Assembly: GCA_963666975.2 (NCBI GenBank) | Contig: CAXVYR010000004.1 | Coordinates: 1,600,001 to 1,664,000, forward strand | Source: Terriglobia bacterium | Lineage (GTDB): Bacteria > Acidobacteriota > Terriglobia > 2-12-FULL-54-10 | DNA: 64,000 bases | Reading direction: 5' to 3' | In this document: in pieces, positions 55,651 through 64,000 of the stretch | How the letters are laid out: each line of letters starts with the position of its first letter | Position numbering within the stretch: position 1 is the first letter of the stretch | The notes under the pieces: model-generated | The model's database searches: none | What the model was told of the DNA's origin: nothing | Seen by the model: the letters and a program-made list of their open reading frames with translations, nothing else | Position numbers and translations under genes: made by a program

Positions 55651-55931
55651 AAACCTGCCTACAACAGCGACGCTGCCGAGCTAACCAGCTTAGAGTGAAC
55701 ACCCCCTTAGAAAGAAGCTGTCCAAGCTGTATTTACGCTACATTAAGGTTCATCGACCGAGGAGGGCTTCCAGGTTAGCCTTCTTCCACATCTCACCCGT
55801 GGCAGGCGTTCCACCGGAGCGTCTTGAAATTGACCATACTCTGGCAGCGATTGTTCATTTTTCGAACATTTTGCGAATGGCGCAGCAACCCAAAATATAT
55901 CCATCTGTAACATTCCAAGCAGGATAAGAAT

Positions 55932-55946
55932 TGGCACCCTGCTTGC
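55932..55946 (+). promoter_or_regulatory. Sigma-54 promoter upstream of fliC
   Basis: TGGCAC-CCTGC-TTGC matches the -24/-12 consensus with correct spacing. Confidence 0.78.
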
Positions 55947-56110
55947 TCTAGCGTCCGCGGGCATTCCAAAGATATAAAGATTTAAAGATATATAGATATC
56001 GGGAGGCTTATGAAACGTGCGACTTGAGCCACAAGACGCAAGCGGCTCTGCCTGCCAGGCCGGGCACCCCGATCCGTGATGGGGAATTTCGAGCAAGGAT
56101 ATAGAATTTT

Positions 56111-56923
56111 ATGGCACTTAGCGTTTTGAACAACATTGGATCCCTCGCTGCACAGAATCAACTGAGTTTTATACGGAAGTCGTTGCAAACCACGTTTTTT
56201 CGTCTGGCCTCCGGCTCACGCATCAACAGCGGAGCAGACGACGCGGCGGGGTTGGCCATCGCCGACGGGTTGCGCGCCAACGTCACCGCGCTGGAGCAGT
56301 CCTCAAGAAACGCCAACGACGGCGTCGGTGCCCTGCAGGTAGCCGATGGCGGACTGGGTCAGGTCAACAATTTGCTGAACCGCGCCGTCACGCTGGCCAC
56401 ACAGTCGGCCAACGGCACCCTCAGCGACTCGCAGCGGATGGCGCTCAACGACGAGTTCACCTCGATTAAAGCTGAAATCGACCGTATCGGGTCAAACACC
56501 ACGTTTAACGGCAGCTCGGTATTTAGCGCCAGCACCACATCCATCGTTATTAGCGACGGCACCGGGAGCAGCACCATTGGCACCACGGTGGGCACACTCT
56601 CCAGCGCAGGTCTGGGTCTGGCCACCGATATCTCCAGCGCCGCAAACGCCAGCACGGCCCTGACCGAGATCAACACTGCCATCAGCACGGTCTCTTCAAC
56701 GCGGGGCACTGTGGGAGCCTCCATCAACCGGCTTGATTCAGCCGCAAACGTCATCAATACCCAGGTGCTGAACCTGCAAGCAGCCGAGGATGGAATCCGC
56801 GCTACCGACATCGGTAAGGAGGTGGCGAACCTGACACGCCTCTCCATCCTGAACCAAACCGGTGTCTCAGCGCTGGCGCAGGCAAACCTGCAACAGCAGC
56901 AAGTTCTGTCGCTGCTCGGATAG
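56111..56923 (+). CDS. fliC: Flagellin
   Basis: RLASGSRINSGADDAAGLAIA, RNANDG, RGTVGASINRL and ALAQAN. Confidence 0.95.
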   Translation: MALSVLNNIGSLAAQNQLSFIRKSLQTTFFRLASGSRINSGADDAAGLAIADGLRANVTALEQSSRNANDGVGALQVADGGLGQVNNLLNRAVTLATQSANGTLSDSQRMALNDEFTSIKAEIDRIGSNTTFNGSSVFSASTTSIVISDGTGSSTIGTTVGTLSSAGLGLATDISSAANASTALTEINTAISTVSSTRGTVGASINRLDSAANVINTQVLNLQAAEDGIRATDIGKEVANLTRLSILNQTGVSALAQANLQQQQVLSLLG

Positions 56924-57045
56924 ACCAGCAAAACCTCTGGCGGCGGGGTCCTACAGAGGCCCCGTACGCTGAATACTTTGATTGCCCATGCTAGGAATAG
57001 ACTTGCTCGCATTTGTACTTTGCAACACCCCTGGGAGTATCCACG

Positions 57046-58365
57046 ATGGGTTCATTTAGTTTCGGAGCTGTCGGCTTCTCCAGCCTTTCCGGCTTCGACG
57101 TACAAGCGCTCGTGAACCAAGTGCTCTTCGTTGAGAAGGCGCCCGTTCGCTTGCTGGAAGGACAACAATTGCAACTCGACGATCAATCGTCCGCGCTCAG
57201 CGGCATCAACTCCGAACGGCTCGGCTTGAAGGATGCGGTCAACGCTCTCAATGACCCCTTTGGCAAGTTCAACTCCAAGCTGGCTGCTTCTGCCGATACC
57301 AGCGTCCTCACAGTCACAGCCGATGCGACGGCCACGGCCGCGACGCACACCGTCACAGTCAGCGCCCTGGCCACAACCTCTTCGTTTTCCTCCAACCAGC
57401 TCGCCGACGGCACCACCACGTTTGCCACGGGCAGCATCGGCCTGCAGGTCGGCGCCGGCGCGCCCGTCACGATTACGGTAGATAGCAGCAACAATACGCT
57501 GGACGGCCTCGCCGCGGAGATCAACAACCAGGACCTCGGCGCGACGGCCACTGTGATCACCGACGCCAACGGCGCCCGCCTCTCGCTCGTCAGCAACACC
57601 ACCGGCCAGCCGGACGACCTGACCATCTCCAACAACACAACGGGCCTCACACTCACTGAGGACGTGACCGGAACGAACGCCTCGCTTACCGTGGACGGAG
57701 TCTCCATCAGCAGCACGAGCAACACGGTGTCCGGAGCGATCCCCGGCGTGACGCTCAACCTGACTGGCGCTTCGGGCACAGACGTGACGGTGACGGTGCA
57801 GTCCGACACCGCCCAGGCGCGGGAGGCCATTGACGAGTTCGTGGCCAGCTACAACGCAGTAGTCGAAGCCGTCAATGCGCAGTCTGGCGCGGGCTCTCCG
57901 CTCGCCGGCAACAGCTCTTTGCGGCTGGTGCAGGAACAGGTCCTTTCCGCCGCGACCCATTCCATTACCGGCAACAACGGCTTCGTGAACCTGGCCGCGA
58001 CCGGGATCAATACGCAGGCCGACGGCACGCTCTCGGTGGACGGCGATAAACTCGACAGCAGCCTGTCCACAAACTTCTCCGAGGTCCAGAACCTGCTTCA
58101 GTCGCAATCGCCCGCCGGCGTCGCACAGAATTTCAGCGACAAACTAACCTCTTTGACCGACACCATCAACGGACCGCTCCACATCGCCCTGAAGGGCATC
58201 AGCAACAACTCGAAGAACATGACGGACCAAGTCGATGCCTTTGAGGTCCGGCTGGAGTTTCGGCAGCAGGCGCTGATCGAAGAGTTCAGCCGCATTAACA
58301 GTTTCCTGCGCGCACTCCCCTCCATTGAATTGCAGATTCATAATCAATTGAATGCTCTGCAGTAA
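57046..58365 (+). CDS. fliD: Flagellar filament cap protein
   Basis: SGFDVQALVNQ, VSALAT, NTV...IPGVTLNL, FVASYN and DGTLSVD; follows fliC. Confidence 0.9.
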   Translation: MGSFSFGAVGFSSLSGFDVQALVNQVLFVEKAPVRLLEGQQLQLDDQSSALSGINSERLGLKDAVNALNDPFGKFNSKLAASADTSVLTVTADATATAATHTVTVSALATTSSFSSNQLADGTTTFATGSIGLQVGAGAPVTITVDSSNNTLDGLAAEINNQDLGATATVITDANGARLSLVSNTTGQPDDLTISNNTTGLTLTEDVTGTNASLTVDGVSISSTSNTVSGAIPGVTLNLTGASGTDVTVTVQSDTAQAREAIDEFVASYNAVVEAVNAQSGAGSPLAGNSSLRLVQEQVLSAATHSITGNNGFVNLAATGINTQADGTLSVDGDKLDSSLSTNFSEVQNLLQSQSPAGVAQNFSDKLTSLTDTINGPLHIALKGISNNSKNMTDQVDAFEVRLEFRQQALIEEFSRINSFLRALPSIELQIHNQLNALQ

Positions 58366-58479
58366 AAAAATTTGATCCTCCCAAAAGTTAGTTAGCCTGA
58401 GAAGCCGTATCACCTCAAAGTCGCCCCATTTTGAAGGTGCTAGAGCATTTTCCCGTAGGAGTAGAGTTCTGGCAGCCAC

Positions 58480-58531
58480 GTAGCGCCAGCGTCCTCGCTG
58501 GCCCATTGGGCCGCCAGGATGGCGGCGCTAC
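58480..58531. repeat. REP-like palindrome
   Basis: GTAGCGCCAGCGTCCTCGCTGGCCC...GGGCCGCCAGGATGGCGGCGCTAC. Further palindromic units (GCGGCTTCAGCCGC, GCGCTGAAGCGC) lie at 58689-58769. Confidence 0.6.
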
Positions 58532-58798
58532 ATTCCTCCTATACACTATCGGGAGAAATGCTCTAGACCGGTTTCAGAGTTCGTGTATCCCCTATTGCGC
58601 TCTTGTCAGGGCACGGTTTGACGGGGCCCCCAGCGCGCCGCTGTCAGCGTGCTGGGATGTCTTTAACCGTGCGGCCACCCGGATCACGACAGCGGCTTCA
58701 GCCGCTGAGGTCGAGGTTAAATCGCTGGAACACGCAGAGTTCGAGACTCACCTCAGGCGCTGAAGCGCACTTGCTGGAGAACGTTTCGGCACGGCTTC

Positions 58799-59220
58799 AG
58801 AGAGTGTGTAAAAACCACCCTTGACAAGTTTGTATAATGTGTCTCAAGGAGGCACGATGAGATTTATGACCTACAACCCGGAGCAAGGGTATCTGCTGCC
58901 GCCCAGCGTGCGAGATGTGTTGGGAGGGGATCATGTCTGTTTCTTCCTGCACCGAGCCGTCGAGCGGCTGGACCTGGAGGCGTTCGAGCAAGGATAGGTC
59001 GAGCAAGGCCGCCCAGCCTATCACCCGGCGCTGCTGCTGAAGGTGTGGCTGTATGCCTACGCGCTGGGCTACACGGCGGACCTCGCCGTCAGTGAGGATC
59101 ACCTCATCGTGGAACAGCGCGTCACCCGGAATGCCACCGACCGCCGTTCGCTGGTCCCGGTAGTCGAGGCGGTCGAGCAACGCTGCGGGGAACGGCCCCA
59201 GAAGCTCAGCGCCGACGCCG
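58799..59220 (+). pseudogene. IS1182-family transposase remnant
   Basis: From ATG 58857: YNPEQGYLLPPSVRD.L..DH, an in-frame TAG, GRPAYHP.LLLKVWLYAY, then fused directly to GYTADLAV...LSADA. Confidence 0.8.
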
Positions 59221-59392
59221 TTATAGATGGTCTAAATTGTCCAATTGTTCCATTGCCGGCGAGTACGCAGAGATGGCATGCCGGATATCATCGCCGCGCA
59301 AGCGAGAAACGCGTCTTGCAGCTATTGTCTCAAGGGGTGGGTGGGATATCAGTCCGGCTTGAACGGTATCCGGGGCGGAAGCCCGGATAGAA

Positions 59393-59926
59393 TCAGGCTG
59401 GCGGTCTCAAGCCGCCTGTGATTCCGGCAAGCAGGAGGATCACAACTATCTGCACGAGCCAGCCCAATACGCAGACGCCCACGGCACGGCCCGTGCTCTT
59501 ATAATCCAGCGCCTGCCTCACCGCAATGACCATCGCCACCAGCATCCAGATTGCGGTGACAAAGAAAACCAGACTCCCAAGAACGGGCACCACTCCAAAG
59601 ACTCGAAGGACCCCGGGTGAGCTGGAGAAGCCGGTGGTCCGCAACAACTCTCCCAGGTCAGCCCGTGTCTGAGGCTCGGGCAGAAGACGGGTGCCGATAA
59701 AGTACGTGAGAAAAGCCCAGATGAACCAGCCCGCCAGCGCCGCGATGGTGCCCCAGAAAATCCCAGAGACCCCTACACTTGAGATGGAACCCACCCCTGC
59801 TGCCAGGCTGGAGAGGATCACCACGGTCATTGCCTGCCCCATGGCCTGCTTGTCCGCCTCCACCTCCTCGTAGAGGTTGATATCCAGCTTGGCTGCGCGA
59901 ATCATGCGATCTTTCAAGTCGGCCAC
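59393..59926 (-). CDS. YIP1-family membrane protein
   Basis: RMIRAAKLD..LYEEVEAD, LLRTTGFSSSPG and AVRQALDY; five TM segments. Confidence 0.8.
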   Translation of the reverse strand: MADLKDRMIRAAKLDINLYEEVEADKQAMGQAMTVVILSSLAAGVGSISSVGVSGIFWGTIAALAGWFIWAFLTYFIGTRLLPEPQTRADLGELLRTTGFSSSPGVLRVFGVVPVLGSLVFFVTAIWMLVAMVIAVRQALDYKSTGRAVGVCVLGWLVQIVVILLLAGITGGLRPPA

Positions 59927-59977
59927 GTTGTCCTCCGTGTCTTTCTTCGCATCTTGCCTATAGATTGTTCAAAAAAC

Positions 59978-60742
59978 TTATTCCGCATACCACTTGCGGA
60001 GGCGGACTTCCACACCTGCTGTGTTGCGGAGCGCGTCGGCGAATTCCTGCGTGTTGCTGCCCCGGGAATGATAGGGGTAAACCACCTTGGGACGGAAGCT
60101 TTCCACGCACGCGGCCGCCTCGCCAGGAGTCATTGTGTAGGGAAGGTTCATGCAAACAAAGGCGACGTCAATGTTCTGCAGGCCCTTCATCTCCGGGGTG
60201 CATGCGGTGTCGCCGGAAATATAGACCCGCTTGTCCGCCAGGGTCAGGATGTAGCCGTTGCCCCGGCCTTTGTCGTGGAACAGCTTGCCCGGCTCCGGTC
60301 CCCGAGTCAGGTTGTACATCGGCACGGCCTCAATCCGCACTCCCGCCACGGTTTTTGTCTCGCCGTTGCGGATGGTCTGCGCCTCGGTGATGGTCTGAGC
60401 GACGGCGGGAGGCGCTACCACGACGGTTGACGCCTTTTTCAAACTGTTGACCATTTCGCGGTCCTGATGGTCGCCGTGAACATCGGTCACCAGGATCAGG
60501 TCGGCTTTGGGAAGACCGGTGAAGTCTCCTCCCCCGTTACTGGCAGGGTCAACGTGAATGGTCTTGCCACCGAACTCCAGCATGAGGCTGCCATGTCCAA
60601 TCGGGGTGATGCGAAGCTCACCCCCGGAGGTCTGGATCACGTCAGCGGATCGCGCCAGCGGTGCGAAGCTCAAAGCCGCGAAAACCGCCAGGAACAGGAC
60701 CCCGTGGAGCGTATAGTGGTGAACGCAAGGGTTTCTCTTCAT
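59978..60742 (-). CDS. MBL-fold metallo-hydrolase, exported
   Basis: GHGSL, VDP, TDVHGDH, GDT and PYH; GGAGG RBS. Confidence 0.88.
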   Translation of the reverse strand: MKRNPCVHHYTLHGVLFLAVFAALSFAPLARSADVIQTSGGELRITPIGHGSLMLEFGGKTIHVDPASNGGGDFTGLPKADLILVTDVHGDHQDREMVNSLKKASTVVVAPPAVAQTITEAQTIRNGETKTVAGVRIEAVPMYNLTRGPEPGKLFHDKGRGNGYILTLADKRVYISGDTACTPEMKGLQNIDVAFVCMNLPYTMTPGEAAACVESFRPKVVYPYHSRGSNTQEFADALRNTAGVEVRLRKWYAE

Positions 60743-60862
60743 ATCGGCCACCTCCATATAAGCAATCAAGCTAAGCAGTCAAGATCAGCCGGTTAGAATC
60801 GGAACCCCCACAATAGCTTGAGAGAACGGCAAAGGCAACCAAAAACAGCGCGGCAAAGCAGC

Positions 60863-62008
60863 TCAAGGCTGCTCTTCGCATAACGTTCCCATCTCAGCCC
60901 ATTCATAGCCCGGCAACAGCGGAACCGGAGTGTAGTCGGCTTGAGCGGCCAAGCGGCTCAACTGCTCGATGCGGTCGCTCGTCAGAGGGTGAGTAGAAAA
61001 ATATTCCGCCGCGCGAGGCATATCCCCGCTGCTTTCCTCCAGCTTGTTCAAGAAGCGGATCATTCCACTGGAATCGATTCTGGCTGCCTGCACCGCTTTC
61101 ATTCCTTCCCGGTCCGCCTCGGCCTCATCGCGCCGTCTGTAGCGCAACGCGCCAATGGTTTGAGCGGCGTCGAGAACCGTCGCCAACCCCGAAGCGTCGC
61201 CCACCGCCGCGGCAAACAGCACGCTCATCGACATCTCGCGGAACAGGGCCTTGGTGGCGTGCCTCTGCACAATATGCTGCATCTCATGAGCCAGCACCCC
61301 GGCCAATTCCTCCGGGCTTTCCGTTTTTTCCAGCAACCCCTGATAGATCACAATCTGCCCGCCTGGAGCTGCAAAGGCATTGACAGCAGGATCGTCCACC
61401 ACGGTAATCACAAACGTGTAGGGGGAGTCCGGTCCGGGAGCTGTCACTGTCAGTGTAGAGACAATCTGATCCAGGACCCCGATGCGCTCCGGGTCTGCGC
61501 ATCGCTTGCCGGCCGGGGCCATCTCGCCGACCACCTCACGGCCAAGCTGCTCTTCCCAGGAAACCGGAACGCGGGCGGCAGCTTGGTCGGCCAGAACAGG
61601 GATCCCCCAAAAATAAAGCGCCCACACAACCAGTATCGCTCCCGCTCCGGCTAGGAGTATGAACTGGAGCCGGAGCGACCGGCGGGCCGGGTTGTGGAAA
61701 CGGGCAGGGGCATCGGGGGCGATTTGATGGATCGCCGCCAGGAACGTCTCGTCGGCGACGACGACGGCTTCCGGAAGCTCGTCCCCTTTTTCCAAGCGCA
61801 CTTGCTCTCCGGAATGGAAGCCCTGAGTCTGGCGGATTTCCTCGTAGGGCCACCACAGGTCCGGACCACTCTCTTTGCCGTCCTGTTTCACGATGTGCAG
61901 GGCATTGCCCGTCACCGTGATCTTCACGGCCTGGCGGCTGGCCGTCCGGCCGTCGAAGTAGGCGCCTTCCCAAACTGTTTTCAGCGGAGATTGAGATTGA
62001 GGTTGCAT
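60863..62008 (-). CDS. M48-family metallopeptidase
   Basis: YFDG N-terminal domain, TM helix, NAFAAPGG, AHEMQH, EAEAD and STHP. Confidence 0.92.
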   Translation of the reverse strand: MQPQSQSPLKTVWEGAYFDGRTASRQAVKITVTGNALHIVKQDGKESGPDLWWPYEEIRQTQGFHSGEQVRLEKGDELPEAVVVADETFLAAIHQIAPDAPARFHNPARRSLRLQFILLAGAGAILVVWALYFWGIPVLADQAAARVPVSWEEQLGREVVGEMAPAGKRCADPERIGVLDQIVSTLTVTAPGPDSPYTFVITVVDDPAVNAFAAPGGQIVIYQGLLEKTESPEELAGVLAHEMQHIVQRHATKALFREMSMSVLFAAAVGDASGLATVLDAAQTIGALRYRRRDEAEADREGMKAVQAARIDSSGMIRFLNKLEESSGDMPRAAEYFSTHPLTSDRIEQLSRLAAQADYTPVPLLPGYEWAEMGTLCEEQP

Positions 62009-62052
62009 TGGCCGCGGTCGTTTGCTGTCTATATGCCCATCTATATACCCGT

Positions 62053-63162
62053 CTATATACCAAGGTCAAAGTCGAGGAAATCGGTCTCCAGAAACTCCGC
62101 CATGCCTTCGCCGGTCGCCGAGGCGGCTTGCGCTTCCTGCTGGATGCTTGCCAGGTCCAACGGTCCTTCGACGGAAAGATGGGCGAAAAGGAATTCCGTC
62201 TCGCGGACCCACACCCACGGATAGGCCAGCCCCATGGAAACGATCAACAGAAACCAATTCACCACCTTCAGCTCCAACAGCTTTCCGCCTGTGATCGTTG
62301 AGTTGAGCCGAGCGGTCCCGAAGGAGGTGTGCTGCCAGTAATAACGCTGTTTCTCCGCAGTAAACCAGAACCAGTAGAGGCCGAAGGTCAGCATGGTGAG
62401 CAGCCCGCCCACCAGGTGGATGTGGAACAGCTCTCCCCCATCTCCTTCGTAGTCAAAAGATGTATTGCCGAAATAGCTGTGGCTGGCTAGAAACCTCCTC
62501 ATGTTCGTCAGCAACCACGGGTAATAAATACCAAACGTGATCCCGGTCAGGATTGCGTCCCGTGCAAAGATTCGGATCAGTTCTTTCGTGCGCCCCCGGA
62601 AGGAAACCCGGATTCCTCTCCAGGAGGTGCGGCTTAACCGGTACCTTCGAGAGCCGACCACCACGACGGGCACCAAAATCACAAGGCTGCCGTAAAAGAA
62701 AAGCTGGCTCAGGGCTTCTCCGGTGGGTCCTTCCCAAACCGACTGGATTCCGAACATGGCGCCGAAAAACACGACCACGCCCAGGAACGCCTTGCTCCAC
62801 CCGATGAACAGCTCCTTGCCGGTTCCGTGGAAGGCGAAGCGGTCCCCTGCAAACTCCGACTGGCTGTACAGATATTGCCGGACTTTGACCTTGCCCCAGA
62901 AATAGTAAACACCCAGGGTGAGGACAGAGAGCAAGAGATTGACGCTGTAGATGCCAAACAGCGCTCCCCCGTCACCGTGGAAGGAAAGATAACGGGTCGC
63001 CCATTCCGCGCCGCCGGTTTCCGTTGCCGCCGGTTCCGCCGTGACGCTGGCTTGTCTTTCTTCCGGGAGGCTGGGTTGCTTCGTGGCGCTCACGAAGTAG
63101 TGGCCGCAAACGCATTGCCAGGTTTTTTCCGGAATGATCGCTCCACAGGCAGGACACTGCAT
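62053..63162 (-). CDS. YjgN (DUF898) family membrane protein with N-terminal Zn ribbon
   Basis: CPAC..CVCG; FHGDGG.LFGI..VNLLLSVLTLG.Y.FW; RTSWRGIR.SF. Confidence 0.87.
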   Translation of the reverse strand: MQCPACGAIIPEKTWQCVCGHYFVSATKQPSLPEERQASVTAEPAATETGGAEWATRYLSFHGDGGALFGIYSVNLLLSVLTLGVYYFWGKVKVRQYLYSQSEFAGDRFAFHGTGKELFIGWSKAFLGVVVFFGAMFGIQSVWEGPTGEALSQLFFYGSLVILVPVVVVGSRRYRLSRTSWRGIRVSFRGRTKELIRIFARDAILTGITFGIYYPWLLTNMRRFLASHSYFGNTSFDYEGDGGELFHIHLVGGLLTMLTFGLYWFWFTAEKQRYYWQHTSFGTARLNSTITGGKLLELKVVNWFLLIVSMGLAYPWVWVRETEFLFAHLSVEGPLDLASIQQEAQAASATGEGMAEFLETDFLDFDLGI

Positions 63163-63510
63163 CCGTATTATCCCCCTCTGCGCACGGTACCCAAAAAGAA
63201 TCGATCCGGATCACCCGGCACCGGACATTTCCCAAATGAGCCGTGGGGCAGTGTGCGGAGACCCCATGCCCGCAAGCCGCCAAGATTGTGCATGGAAGGC
63301 AAGGCGAGCCGATGCTAGCCCAACGCAGAAATCAGAGTCAAGGCCAAATCTCCAGACTGTCGTTAGCACATGATATGTCCGGTGGAATTAGCAAGTGAAG
63401 TGTCCGCTTGGAAGGCAGCCTGGGGTAAGACCCCTGAAGGGGTTGCGGATTTTGCAGTCCAGGCAGGACCGCATAGGGGATACCCATGCGGTCCATTCTT
63501 CCTGGTTCCG

Positions 63511-64000
63511 CTAGGAAGCGGAGGTGGGATAACGAGCAGACAAGGAAGGAGAGGTCAAATGCTTCCAGCCGGTAAAGGGAAGCAGTTCGGTTTTTTCTTC
63601 CGACAAGATAAAGGCGCGTTCGACGACGTGCTGCAGCTCGCGAACATTGCCGGGCCAGGGATGAGCCTCCAGCGCGCGGCTCGCCTCCCGGGGAAGGATT
63701 TTGCGCGGCCCGCTGGCTTGCCGGCACAGCGAGGCGAGGAAATGCCCGGCCAGCGGCACGATATCCGCCAGCCGCTCCCGCAACGGAGGCAGCTCAATCG
63801 GAAAAATCGCGAGCCGGTAGTACAGGTCCTGCCCGCCGCCACGCGCGCGGCCAGGTCCGTGTTGGTCGCCGCAATCACCCGCACGTCCACATGCGAGGTC
63901 CCCGTGCTGCCCAGCCGCTGCAGTTCCCCCTCCTGGAGAAAGCGCAGCAGCTTGGCCTGCATGCTGAGAGGAATCTCGCTGATCTCGTCCAGAAACAACG
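63511..64000 (-). pseudogene. Sigma-54-dependent activator (5'-partial; frameshift or deletion near 63830)
   Basis: [14 protein letters not shown] and DVRVIAATN in one frame; DLYYRL, LRER and WPGNVREL in another; no clear HTH. Confidence 0.8.

Noticed and set aside
55960-56110. Sigma-28 promoter for fliC
   Set aside because: TAAAG occurs, but no GCCGATAA-like -10 at the correct spacing.

Overview
A GC-rich bacterial chromosomal window. The gene repertoire (DUF1592/DUF1552 pair, DUF5916 proteins, TonB-dependent receptors, REP-like hairpins) suggests Acidobacteriota or a similar lineage; this is inference only. It is mostly accessory envelope, redox and signalling genes: a GMC flavoprotein/Tat subunit/cytochrome c operon, a TBDR-YfiR-histidine kinase module, a DUF1592-DUF1552-ankyrin-DUF5916 cluster, a SET protein, glnS, two tandem exported caspase-family proteins, msrP, an amidase, HD-GYP and sigma-54 regulators, fliC-fliD and a YjgN-M48 pair. 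Four signals stand out and are not visible in the ORF track. (1) A hidden selenoprotein: two short ORFs at 47772-48320 join through an in-frame UGA (UGSCTTC, resembling the GrdB active-site segment) with a SECIS-like hairpin, downstream of a redoxin-fused partner. (2) A 5.4-kb IS1380-family one-ended (ISEcp1-style) transposition unit at 37158-42592 with a TTAAGA target duplication and an outward TTGACA-17-TAGCTT promoter; it carries an outer-membrane protein gene and splits a caspase-FGE gene that rejoins in frame when the unit is removed. (3) Three near-identical IS256 copies, each with its own 8-bp target duplication, plus a 105-bp MITE-like insert. (4) Two tRNA-Glu 3' remnants bracketing a TPR gene. 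Several single-base frameshifts may be sequencing errors rather than real decay. All family assignments are by motif recognition; no searches were run.
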